A stretch of DNA of 64,000 nucleotides, taken from Octopus vulgaris (lineage: Eukaryota). The position numbers and the translations under genes are program-made. This document shows, piece by piece, positions 38,131-50,100 of this stretch; the first letter of the stretch is position 1, and the number at the start of each line of letters is the position of its first letter. The notes beneath the pieces are model-generated. The model was not told where the DNA came from, searched no databases, and worked only from the letters and a program-made list of their open reading frames with translations. Location: contig OX597818.1 of the NCBI GenBank assembly GCA_951406725.2, positions 71,734,001-71,798,000 on the forward strand, read 5' to 3'.

Positions 38131-39784
38131 TCACTCACGTTAGAGAAATTTGTGTCTCTGGTTATTGTTCCACTCATTTATCAACAACGATCTTCCTTCG
38201 TTTCTACAAATTTCAGTCAAAATATATTTTCCATTTACGGAGATGTACTTGCATAGCAAGTGATTTTTCTTCTTTTTCCCTTTTCTCTCTCTATCACTCT
38301 CTCTCTCTCACCCCTCTCGTTTTCACTTCACTCTGTTCTCTCTATCTCAATACATATCCGTTCGTTAACCTAGGAAACTGAAACTTACAGTTTATTACTT
38401 GAATGCTGTCTAAGGAGAGGTGTAATTTGTAACTGGAGCAAAGACAACCTGTCTAGGAACTAGGCCACTTCTAAACGACTAGACCAGAACAGAAGAGGTT
38501 GCAAATCCTCTAAGACAATTTTAAGGGTTGATGCTCTGATAAAAATTAATATGCCCCGTCTCTTCTTGTTGGTAGCAGACATGACATGTTTCCAGTTTAA
38601 AACCATTCCCAAACCGTTGAGTACCTTTAGTGCAGTTTGTTTTGATTTCAACAGGATCCTACAGTTTCCATCGAACAAACTCAACCTATAAAGCTTCGAG
38701 GCTTCGATACGAAGTGGTGAATATGTGATGTAGATAATTAGATCGACCCAGTGTATTATTGGTACTGGAATACAGAATGTTATTAGTACTATACCGATCC
38801 CTTCTAACACTAGCAGCCACCTTTGGAGCGAAGTCATGCTGGAACTGGATATTACTAAATAAGGATAATACACTCAGACAGGTATTCAACTATCTGTTTC
38901 TGCCAGCTCACTACACATAATTTTCAAAGCCAATTTTTGGTAGTGGTGGAGGCATGGCAAAAACGGTAGAACGCCACACTCTGCATAAAAAAATATTTAG
39001 TTCTGCTCTTAATAATTCTGCGTCCAAATCTCGCTGAAGATGAGTCACTGGAAATCATAGTGGCCTTGTACAAATGTGAGTCGTCAATTTGAATGTCGTA
39101 ATTATATTTTTCTTCATCTTGTTATTGCTGTTGTTGTTGTTGGTGGTGGTGGAGTTGTTGTTATGGTTAGTGATTTGTATTAACATCACTGGTTCACATG
39201 AGTGAATTTCAATCGTCCAAAGATTTTGAAGATAAAAATAAAAAAAAGAAACTTAAGAAAAAAACACTCAGTTGGTTCTTCTGGAAAGCTTGTACAATGT
39301 CAATTAGAAATCTAAAGAAAGGGTTTTAGGTTTTTTCAGTAAAGTTAATCAGAGAGGAACAAACTAAAGCCGGGTTTCGATTTTTAACATTTTTTTAGGC
39401 CATCGTTGGAGAACATATTTTATTGATGACGTCAGGCAGTCTAAGTCTGTTGACTGTTAAATTCTCGTTTGGCAAGTGAACAAATCGAGAAATGAGGACA
39501 TTGATGCGAAGATATATCTGTGGTAAATTAAATTTATTCAATGATGATGATTTTGTGACGATGTGATATTACAGTCATAATATTTAATAATACATAAAGC
39601 AATATTAATATGGTAACATATAATGATACCCGTAAAATTATATTGTGCAAGAGTAACAGTACACTGAATAAGTACATGTCACACGTAGAGCAATAGTAAA
39701 GTATGGTGTATGTATGTATGTATGCATGTATAGATGTGTGTGAGTGTGCGTGTTTGTTTGTGTGACTATGTGTGCATTTGAGTG

Positions 39785-39826
<42 letters not shown>

Positions 39827-39887
39827 CTTATCTATAAATGTAAAAACTGTTGACAAAGTCTGCGTGGCGTTCAATTATTAAACAAAT

Positions 39888-40323
39888 GGGAAAATACACG
39901 CTAAGAACAAGACGTCACCAACGAGTGAAAATACGTAAACACACGAGAGATAAGTACGCGACAAAATACTAAAGGAAGCCTAACCCCTGCTCAGTTAGAT
40001 TCCTTGTTTCGTGCTTTTCATCTTGGCCTAACGACTCTAAATGTCTGTCTTCCTCGATTGTTTAATTCCGTACGTCCATTCTAGTGTCGTTTGTTCTTTT
40101 GAAGCCCTAACCCTTCACAAACTTTATATTTTCAAAATTTGCGGAAGCTGCTGTCATATGAAGTTCTCCTGTCTTGTTAAAAGCACAAAACATGGAATAA
40201 TATCACAGTCGACAACTGAGGAGGGGCTAGACTTCTTTTAGTATTTTGTTCCCTGCTTATCTCTCGTGTGTTTACGTGTTTTCCACTCGTTGGCGATGTC
40301 CTGTTCTTAATGTGTATTTTTTC
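39888..40323. repeat. Inverted repeat of a PLE-terminus-like sequence (about 130-bp arms)
   Basis: 39888-40018 is a diverged reverse complement of 40180-40323. Confidence 0.8.
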
Positions 40324-40325
40324 AT

Positions 40326-40379
<54 letters not shown>

Positions 40380-40381
<2 letters not shown>

Positions 40382-41248
40382 TGTTGGCATCCTTTTTGTC
40401 TCGGGAGACAATGGAGTTGCGCATAAAATAGTCTAGTCCGGCTTTTACATTTCATGTCCTGATACATTTCCTGCTGTGGTTGTGTAGTCCTATCCTGGAC
40501 AAACACTCCCTCTTGCAGGTACCGCAAATGTAGCAAAGACTGTTCCTGGCTGGTTGTAATGCCATAGTTTCTTGTTGACGTCTTTTCTTGTCTTTCCATT
40601 TCTCCTCTCTCTCTCTCTCTGTCACTCCTTTGTATTCCCTCTTTTACGGTACGTCGCCAATCTCCACGGTTGCCGGCAACTGCTTCCCAACCGCTAATAT
40701 TGAGGTTGCAGGCCTTCATGTCCCTTTTTCAAACATCCTTGTAACGTAAGAACGGTCTACCCACAGACCTAGTACCCCTGGCAAGCTCTCCGTAGAGTAT
40801 GTCCTTGGGAATTCTGCCATCTTTCATACTGCTAACATGCCCAAGCCATCTCATACGTCTTTGTGTGAGGAGTGCAAACATGCTTGGTATTCCTGCTTGC
40901 TTGAGGACATCTTTGTTGGGGATATGATTCTGCCATTTGATGCGGAGGATTTTCCGGAGGCAGCGCAGGCGAAAGATATTTAGGCGACGCTCTTGGCGTG
41001 TGTATAGCGTCCAAGTTTCACTTCCATACAGTAGAGTGCTAAGTACACATGCCTGGTAGATCTTCATTTTCGTGGTCTTGGTCAGCTTATTGTTGTCCCA
41101 TGCCCGTTTGGAGAGTTGGGCCATCGCAGCAGCTGCCTTGCCAATGCGTATATTGAGCTCAGCGTCAAGGGATAGGTTGTAGGTGACGGTAGAGCCAAGA
41201 TAGGTAAACTTCTCCACCTCTTGTAATCTGTGGTCTCCAATATGCTGA
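40380..41248 (-). mobile_element. 5'-truncated RTE LINE 3' fragment
   Basis: EKFTYLGS..IGKA..LLYGSETW..CLRKIL..RWLGHV..RIPKDILYGEL..LRYKD; single terminal finger CGTCKRECLSRIGLHNHSRKC. Confidence 0.93.
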
Positions 41249-41304
<56 letters not shown>

Positions 41305-41550
41305 ATATGTAATGCAATACGAAAGTATTGCTTTCTAGTAAAAGATAGCCCGTAAGGGTAAAATTATCCGTTTCTAGGTTTTTCATTTTTCAGATGTTCT
41401 TCCGAGAGGTAAGACAAATTTTTTTCATGTTTGCTGCACACACACGTCTTTACTAGTATATACGCAGTGAAGCTATACAATAGCATCGTATTTATTACGA
41501 TCGCTCTTTTCCAGTAAATATCGGTACTTCGTTGTACCATTTATTTACTT

Positions 41551-41604
<54 letters not shown>

Positions 41605-41607
<3 letters not shown>

Positions 41608-41873
41608 GATAATTAAAGTGGGTAAAGTAAATTTAGCTTCACCACCCGCAATATATTACTGATGAGCATTAACTTCCATGCGAAACTGGCATGCCAATCT
41701 AATGCAACTGGCTTGCGGTGGGGAAGTTATCTCCCTTCTCAGTAAATATAACATATGCTCCTGTGGCTAAAGAGTCTTTGACTCGTATTTCTAGCAATAT
41801 TAGTGTTCCTCGCAACCTTCGTCCGTTTTTAGTGACAGTGAATTATTTTCTGTTTGGTTTTGAATAACGTCTA

Positions 41874-41877
<4 letters not shown>
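41605..41877 (+). mobile_element. About 270-bp non-coding hammerhead-bearing element between two (TA)n tracts (solo pLTR or retrozyme-like monomer)
   Basis: Bounded by (TA)n on both sides; contains the hammerhead at 41654-41704, enclosed by an outer stem. Confidence 0.65.
41654..41704 (+). ncRNA. Type I hammerhead ribozyme
   Basis: AUUA-CUGAUGA-GCAU(UAACUUCC)AUGC-GAAA-C-UGGCAUGCCA-AUC-UAAU: all core nucleotides present, stem I AUUA/UAAU, 10-nt palindrome in stem III, one C-A mismatch. Confidence 0.82.
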
Positions 41878-41908
<31 letters not shown>

Positions 41909-42443
41909 CAAAACGGGACAAGAACGCAAAACATCCCGGCAACTAGGTGACACAAAAAAGGACAACAAAACATCCAGATAGACGATACAAAGAAAACAAG
42001 GACTGGTCACTCGAAGTTTTCTATCTTCAGTCAAGAACCAGATTATCCTCGCAATTTCGGCTGATTATTCTTGAGATTGCGCCAATCTGGCCAGCTCCAA
42101 GGAAAAACTAAGCTAAGGGCATAAGATTCCTTGGAAGAAAGCATCGAATGTATACAAAAACAAGGACAGAAAAAAACAGAAAGCGTTACGCAAATATAAA
42201 TACAAAAAAAATACGATAACAATAATAACAGGACATAAAAACAGGTGTCTTTCGACTAAGGACGAATTGAATTAAGCTGGCGTAAGTGAAAATGAAGCCG
42301 AACGGCAGAGATACAGAACTTTCACAAACACAGGGAAGATTATCGATGTTACACGGACCACGGTCAGACCCAGAAAGAAAGAGGAAACGGAAACTGAAAG
42401 AAGCCCATCGTATGTACATATATACATATACATATACATACAT

Positions 42444-42494
<51 letters not shown>

Positions 42495-42555
42495 TAAAAT
42501 ACGATGAAAGATTAGAGAGGTAAATAATAAATTATTTATTAATTAAAAAATGACA

Positions 42556-42636
42556 AACAGCTGCTTCAATTTGGACCCTCAAAAAATTAATTAATTAAAT
42601 TAAAAATTATTTGAAAGTCGAATCTCTTCAGAGGTA
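42556..42636 (-). ncRNA. Inactivated long-stem-II hammerhead (GAAG core, 3' strand of stem I deleted)
   Basis: Mirror copy of 43911-43988. Confidence 0.55.
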
Positions 42637-43910
42637 GATAAAGATATACAAAATAAGTATTCAATTTCCTCATGCAAACCGTTAACTGATTAAATGTATA
42701 CATAAAGAACATAGTATACAAATGGCAGAGCCCTTAGAAGAGGAGTAAGGTTGTGTATAACGGAGTTATAAATAATATAATCATTTGGAGTGTTAAGTGT
42801 AATAAAGCTCAAGTAGATATAATTGGTAAAATTGTTATATTGTGCTATTATATCTGTTCTTATTAAATCAATATAAACTTAGTATGTAGTTTAATTTAAA
42901 TGTGTATAGTTACTAAGACATTCAGGCATTCTATTAGTTATTAAAAATATTGAAATACTTAAAAGACAAATAAGAACATTTATTCAATTTTAAGGTACAT
43001 AAAAATTATAAATAATAATTATTTAGTTCTACCTGTTTTGGTATGTCCCTAAATAAAATTATTCCTAGATTTTCTTTAGCCATTCACCGCTGTATGAATA
43101 CCTACTTCCAGTTTTGAGAGCATTATATTTAACTATCTATATATTTAGCTATTTAAACTTAACTTGTTGAATTGACCCATATTTAAGCCCTTATCATCAT
43201 TTTTATTAGCATATTTTTATTCCCTTTAATCCTTATTTTTGTATTTATTTATTTATGTTAAATACCATATCTCCGCACCTTAGCAACTTAACATATTTAC
43301 ATCCGGTATTTCACAATACGAACGCTGTATATCTGAAATCTTTAAATTAAATTTTGTCCAATAGTTCTTATCTTTATTAGTCTAGCTCAATAATAAATTT
43401 TAAAGGGAGATAAGGTAATAACCTATAACTCTTGAGTCATTTTTTATTTTTCTCTCTCTATCTATTTTCACTCTTTACTCTGTCTATTTTGATTTATTTA
43501 TTATACTTTATTCGTTTTTATTTATAATTTTCATGTACCCTAACATTGAGTAAATGTTCTTATTGGTCTTTTAAGTATTTCGATATTTTTAATAACTAAT
43601 AGATTGCCTGAATGTCTTCCACCTTAATTATACATTAGTAACTATACACATTTGAATTAAACTCTGCATACTAAGTTTATATTGATTTAATAAGGATAGA
43701 TATAATAGCACAATAGGACATTTTTACCAATTATATCTACCAAATGATTATATTGTTTATAACTCCGTTATACAAAACCTTACTCCCCTTCAAAAGACTC
43801 TACCATTTGTATACTATGTTCTTTATGCATAAATTTTTATCAGTTAACAGTTTGCAGCAATTTACAGCATTGGATAATTGAACAACACTTATTTTGTATA
43901 TCTTTATCTA

Positions 43911-43988
43911 CCTCTGAAGAGATTCGACTTTCAAATAATTTTTAATTTAATTAATTTTCTGAGAGTCTGAATTGAAACAGCTGTAAGG
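43911..43988 (+). ncRNA. Type I hammerhead with 53-nt AT-rich stem II
   Basis: CCU-CUGAAGA-GAUUCGACUUUCA..UGAGAGUCUGAAUU-GAAA-CAGCUG-UA-AGG; palindromic stem III ACAGCUGU. Confidence 0.75.
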
Positions 43989-44196
43989 GATGTTTGTCAA
44001 TTTTTTAATTAATAAATAATAATTTATTATCTACCTCTCTATTCTCTCATCTTACTATCATAATAAATAAAATACATAATCATGGTTTATATACTTACCA
44101 TGCAGTTGAGTATTAAATATAATGTTTGTATAGTTAATTAACCAGTATTTTCATAGGATTTTAATATCCCTGAATGAGGTTTCTAACATTTGTGTG

Positions 44197-44246
<50 letters not shown>

Positions 44247-44454
44247 CACGCACACACACTCATTAATCAATGAAATTCCAACCAAGTCTGATTTTCACGT
44301 TTCATTATTTGCAATTTTTATAATTTTACAATATTGAAATAAAATAATACTTTCATGCGTTACGCAATCATCAGGTTTATGTCGTCACAGTCGTGTTCTA
44401 CAAGTGACATCTGTAACATACAAACTCGTATACATGTATATATCTATGTGTGTC

Positions 44455-44664
44455 TCTGTATCTGTGTTTGTCCTCCTCACTATCGTTTGACAACCGGTGT
44501 TGGTGTGCTTACGTCCATATAACTTAGCGAGTCCGCAAAAATGCCGATAGAAAATTAGGCTTAATAAATAAGTCCTGAGGTCGATTGGTTCGACTAAAAC
44601 TCTTCAAGGCTGTGGTCCAGTAAGGCCGCAGTCAAGTGACTGAAACAAGTAAAACAATAAGAGA

Positions 44665-44666
<2 letters not shown>
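44455..44666 (+). mobile_element. SINE family A, 3' half
   Basis: Homologous to 57030-57225; followed by (TAA)n at 44669-44744. Confidence 0.8.
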
Positions 44667-44723
<57 letters not shown>

Positions 44724-45127
44724 TAATAATAATAATAATAATAATGAAGGAAAAAAACAATTCTTTGAAAGGGATGTAAAACATCCAATTCACTGGTGCA
44801 GCAGATGAATACCACAGTGAAAAGGGGCATACATGCAAAATACAAATATTAAATGAAATAGAAAAATACAATTGACAAACTTACAACTTATTTACATATA
44901 ATATAATATACTATAAAAATATAATATAATACAATATAATATAATATAATATAATATAATATAACATAACAACAAAGTTTTAGGAATAAAACATATAAAG
45001 CCAACAGCTTGTTTCGACTTTCCATGCAAATTCCATGTAAAGGACGGCTAAATTGTAATTTGGTAGTACTTCACATGAAATTTCGTCTGTCTTTTTGAAC
45101 GAAGGTCTTGAAGAGGCTTGTTTACAT

Positions 45128-45383
45128 AGATATACAATATTTATACAATATTTATAATTGTTTATAAATCAACTAATGTATATAAGTCGGAACAAATTGT
45201 TGCTTTATATGTTTTTTAAAAAATTGTTATGTTATCTTATCTCTTATCATATATTATATTTTTTATAGTATATTATATTATATTTTAATGTAAATAAATT
45301 GTTAGTTTACCAATTGTATTTCTCTATTTCATTTAATAATAATATACATATATATAATTAAACATACATATAACTATACAAAC

Positions 45384-45470
<87 letters not shown>

Positions 45471-45724
45471 TGTATAGTTATATGCATGTTTAATTATATA
45501 TATGTATATTATTATTAAATGAAATAGAGAAATACAATTGGTAAACTAACAATTTATTTACATTAAAATATAATATAATATACTATAAAAAATATAATAT
45601 ATGAAAAGAGATAAGATAACATAACAATTTTTTTAAAAAACATATAAAGCAACAATTTGTTCCGACTTATATACATTAGTTGATTTATAAACAATTATAA
45701 ATATTGTATAAATATTGTATATCT
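45128..45724. repeat. Near-perfect about 600-bp AT-rich palindrome centred on (TA)n
   Basis: 45128-45395 is the reverse complement of about 45457-45724 with very few mismatches. Confidence 0.95.
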
Positions 45725-45759
45725 TTATAAATGATTTTCTGGCAACTAAAATAATATCA

Positions 45760-47630
45760 AGGCAGGCCTCACTAGAGAAGAAATTGATATTATTTTAGTT
45801 GCCAGAAAATCATTTATAAAGTTTGAAAATAAGTTGTGGATTTGTAAAGATACTCCCAACGAGTTCGATGTGCCTATGGGTAGTTCGGATAGCGCGCAGA
45901 TAGCCGATTTGGTCGGAATCTATATTCTCTACGAATTATCCGACCAATTCCCGGACATCGCGGGCGGCCTGTATCGTGACGATTGTCTGTTTTACCTGCA
46001 AAACACCACGGACAGAATCGTACAGAAAACTAAAAATAGGTTAGCTAGGTTCTTTAATAGAATGGGCATGAATATAGTTTTTGATAATGAACTTACTAAG
46101 GCTAATTTCCTAGACGTCACACTAAACCTCCATAGCGATTCATACTGCCCTTACCATAAGCCTTCCACTAATTTAAAGTATGTCAGTGTCTTCTCCAATC
46201 ATGCCAAAACTATAACAGACAATTTGGTTAAAAACATCTCTCTAAGATTGTCTAATTTGTCCGCTAGTGTCGACATTTTTATGCAGAAAGCGGAATTTTA
46301 TAACGCCGCACTATCCAAAGCCGGTTATAGGCAGAAGGTAGTATATATTGATCCAGCCCTTCCGATGCCACCATTCGGTCATCAGGATAGGGCCGTCTAT
46401 AATAACATAAATAATTTAAGTAGTGATGGGAGCGGGGGGAGTGTTGGAGCAGGTACTTCTGGATTTAATTTAGGGAACATAGATTATTTACGGTCCGGGG
46501 GATGTCATACTAAACCAAAACGTTTTATTCAACCTAGAATCACCCACCTTAATGTCAGAGCTGGCTCCCCGACCCATCATAAAAATAGGAATAAACATAT
46601 CTGGTTTGTAATTCCCTTTGGTAAGCAGATTAGAACTAATCTTCCCCTCCTGTTTCGCCAAGCCATTGCCAGTAACTTTCCCAGAAATTCCAAATATTAC
46701 TCCACGGTTAACTCACATAAAGTTAGGATAGCTTTCTCCAACACAAAAAACCTTTCCCAGATAATCGCCTCCCATAATAATAGGCTGCTTATTAAGACCC
46801 TATCACCATTGTCCGGAGGCGCAGCTCCGTCTAATTCCAGTTTAACGCGCAGTAGGAATAATAATAGTAGTAATAATGATAAAAGAGCCAGTACAGTGAC
46901 TGGTAATCTCAGTACCAACCAGGGAGTAAATAATAGGATTAACGATAGTAGAAATGGGGATGACAATAACGTTAGTAATGGTAATAGGGAGGTGAGCGCT
47001 GTTCGGGTCATTAATGTAGAGAGTCCTAATAGCAACTTTAGCAACGTTTCCGACAATAGTAGGTCCACGGATACTAGCAATCACAGCGTTCTCAGTGATA
47101 GGGAATACACAGGGGATAGTCCGTTAATTAGTATTGATAATGAGGAGTATAATGTAGTAGGCGGCCGCAGTTCTCACAGTCAATATAGTAATAAGAACGC
47201 AGTATTAATATCAGAAGCTAATCCCAATAGAATAAGGTTCTTGTCTAGGAACTCCAAGATCAGAAATGCCATTTACTAATGCAATGTTTACACGGATTCG
47301 GATGTCTACTCGTATGTCGGGGCCTCATCGTCAAAATTGGCCTTGAGAATATCGAACCATTTCGCAACTTTTCGCGACGTTAATAAATACCAAGCCACAG
47401 AACTTAGCAAACTTATCTGGCGTTTGAAGAACGCGAATTCAGTTTTTAGGCTGGAATGGTCGATTTTGTCGGTGGCCCTCCCGTTTGATAGAGGCAGAAG
47501 GATATGTAATCTTTGTAACTCTGAGCTTTTCCACATATTGTTCGCCAGAGGCCGTTTGGTAAACGGGCTTTTACAGACTGCTTTTCGATGTCCCCATTGG
47601 CGGCGTCATACGTTTCTTACATATAAATGA
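45760..47630 (+). pseudogene. Partial PLE RT + long Asn/Ser-rich linker + GIY-YIG (single in-frame TAA at 47277-47279)
   Basis: ORFs 45834-47279 and 47337-47630 are in the same frame, separated by one TAA. Confidence 0.88.
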
Positions 47631-48265
47631 TACCTAAGACAATTAACACCTTGATACCCTATTAAAATGAAAATAATTTTGGAAATAATTTTTGAAAATT
47701 TTTAAAGAAATCTCTGAATAACTCTTGCAAGGGGAAATCACTCCCCTTAGGCGATTGGTCGGTTTTTTAGAAACAAGCGCTGGAATTATATACCCTCCTG
47801 ATTCTTTGACGAGGATAATTTTAGACAAGCAGGCCACAGACGGACACACGAACACAGAATTATTTCAGCCGCCTGACAGGCTTTTTTCAGCAGTGCTCAT
47901 TATCTAGCGCCCCTCGCCAACATACGGCGGCGCACACATAGGCTAGTATACACATACATGCTTTTAGGTAGGTATTGTCTCGCACCTAAAAAATACACCC
48001 TGTATTCTTAAAATATTCAGAACATTAGCTTTGGTCACACAGAACATCTCCACACCCCTTGTTCTCATTAATTCCTCACCTACTAGATTTGACCGCGGCC
48101 TGACCTGGATTTATTCCAACGGACCTTTTGTCGGCCCCCACCAACCCCCCGATTTCAACGTACATTGATAAACATTTTACCCATGGGTTCTTAAGGAGCG
48201 TCCTCGTTCGAATTGCTTTGCTGCGCCTTTGTTTTGTTTTGTTCTGACAATGTAATTCCTGGTTT

Positions 48266-48339
48266 TTCCTGAAGAGAAAGCTGCAATATGGTATTTAATC
48301 AGAATTTGGAAAATTGTGGCCTTTGAAACATGTGTAGAA
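48266..48339 (+). ncRNA. Type I hammerhead with 49-nt stem II in the Naiad-like 3' end
   Basis: UUC-CUGAAGA-GAAAGCUGCAAU..AUUGUGGCCUUU-GAAA-CAUGUG-UA-GAA. Confidence 0.72.
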
Positions 48340-48649
48340 TGTAATAAAAGGAATTCTGTACAATCTTCGTTCAACTCCATTTCTTCCATTCACTAATTAT
48401 ATTAAACTTCAATTATCCGCACCAACGCACGGTTGCAACACCATATGGTCATATTTCCAACCGTGTTTTTTCTGCTGTGATTTTTGCTACCCAGGTATCG
48501 GTTAAACTTTTGAATAATCCATAACAAGATATATATATATATATATATACATACATACACAAACACACACACATATATATAGGGATGGTATTATTAAAAT
48601 ACCATCACAAGTGGTAAGCGAATTATCAGCCTTACAGGCAAATTAATAA

Positions 48650-48915
48650 AATATATACAATATTAGATATGTACGTATATACACAAGGGTACTGCATGAG
48701 TACCTATATCGCTAATGGTAGAAGTCAATGATAGAAGCATTTACTTGTTCTGACCCATTTGAGGTAAGACATTATTATTGTTCACTGATATTTTTTCCTA
48801 TCTTGTATGTAATAAGTTTGTGACTATTCGGTGGTACAGAAGTATTTTTTGACTTCTATCATTAACGATATAGGTACTCATGTAGTACCCTTGTATATAT
48901 ATGTACATATCTAAT

Positions 48916-48927
<12 letters not shown>
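48650..48927. repeat. Inverted repeat (about 80-bp arms, about 115-bp spacer) between (TA)n tracts
   Basis: ATATACAATATTAGATATGTAC..GGGTACTGCATGAGTACCTATATCG..AGAAGTCAA vs TTGACTTCT..CGATATAGGTACTCATGTAGTACCC..GTACATATCTAATATTGTATAT. Confidence 0.9.
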
Positions 48928-48983
<56 letters not shown>

Positions 48984-49374
48984 CATACACACACACATAT
49001 ACGTAGAAGGTTGACAGAGACAGACTGAAAAAAAGAAAATGTCTCTTGCATTTGAAAACTATGTAAATATTTTATAAAACATTTCATTTAATTTTTCCAC
49101 AATTTAATTGTTTTTCAAGCTTTACTCTTGAAAAAGTCGCAACAAAAACTCTGATATTTGTGTATAAAAGCTATTATATAAATATAAACTTTTTCAAATG
49201 TTTCTATGGAATTGGAAATATCCCCTAACACTAATAGTGTTTACACACATATAAACATGCAGAAGTACACCCTCACACATTTACGTCCATATACACATTT
49301 TAAAGGTACTACGCACGTACAAACTCATATGCGGGTGTAAACATTTGTTTAATTTGATATACGCATATTTAAGT

Positions 49375-49430
<56 letters not shown>

Positions 49431-49672
49431 CATACGAATATACTTACGTGCTTAGTGGGCTATAATTCTTGTAAGTCTGTTCATTAAATCATAGCTGGTT
49501 GTATTCATTATTAGATAGCATGCTGTGTGTGTAAGCGAGAATGACTACACAAATAATTATATAAGTTTCTATATTTTTTATTACCTGGAACATTTGCATT
49601 TAAATATGTACAAAAATTATTTGAATGTAACATCTTATAAGGGATAATGAATGTAATAGTTAAGACTACATT

Positions 49673-50100
49673 GCATCAATTTTTTAATTATTTATATAAA
49701 AATCATTTATGGGTATTAAGTAGACAATAAAAAGAGAAAGTTAGAAACAACTTCTCACGCAACTGATCCCTAGAGTTCTATGTAATACATGAGGTTGTTC
49801 TGTTAAGGCGTATCCTAAATTTTACAATATTTAGTCAAAACTTCTAGAACCTTCAGCAGAATTACTTGACAGGAATATTCACAATATCACTTTCTATGGC
49901 TATTGGGTTACACACCAGCTGATTTGATTGGTCAAACCACGTTCACGTCGGCGTTAATGCCTAATATAGCAACAAAGTTAATTTCTCGTAGATAGACTTT
50001 GTCTTTTATGGCAATACAGTTAGGCCGTTGTCCGAAATTGTGAATCTGAGTGAGATGGTTCGAAAAGATACACGTGCATACACACATATTGAAATGTTCA
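49673..50100. repeat. Unclassified about 430-bp interspersed repeat, copy 2
   Basis: Homologous to 35505-35942. Confidence 0.9.

Larger units (their letters stand above)
42504..44190. mobile_element. Inverted pair of AT-rich PLE-type termini (about 510-bp arms), each with a hammerhead motif
   Basis: 42504-43015 is a diverged reverse complement of 43517-44051; the tail 43987-44190 is homologous to 14934-15150. Confidence 0.85.
45757..48529 (+). mobile_element. 5'-truncated Penelope-like element, Naiad-like
   Basis: RT: EIDIILVARKS..FDVPMGSSDSAQIADLVG, GLYRDD, NFLDVTLNL..PYHKP..SNH. GIY-YIG: AIY*C..YVGAS..RISNH..TELSK.IW.LK..WSIL..CNLC..E..RCPH. 3' hammerhead at 48266-48339; ends in (TA)n. 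Clade assigned from motif memory. Confidence 0.85.

Noticed and set aside
38460-38873. 137-aa hydrophobic ORF as a membrane-protein exon
   Set aside because: No recognisable family or splice context; part (LNWKHVMS..RGILIF) looks more like a decayed LINE RT C-terminus.
42000-42035. CTGAAGA on the minus strand in a pLTR-like module; similar weak cases at 40216, 41365-41395, 55094 and 59465-59490
   Set aside because: GAAA core or stem pairing is missing; too degenerate to call.
45760-47630. Selenoprotein-type Naiad (UGA recoding), which is reported for some members of this clade
   Set aside because: The only internal stop is TAA, not TGA; conserved Cys positions are ordinary Cys codons; no convincing SECIS recognised by eye.
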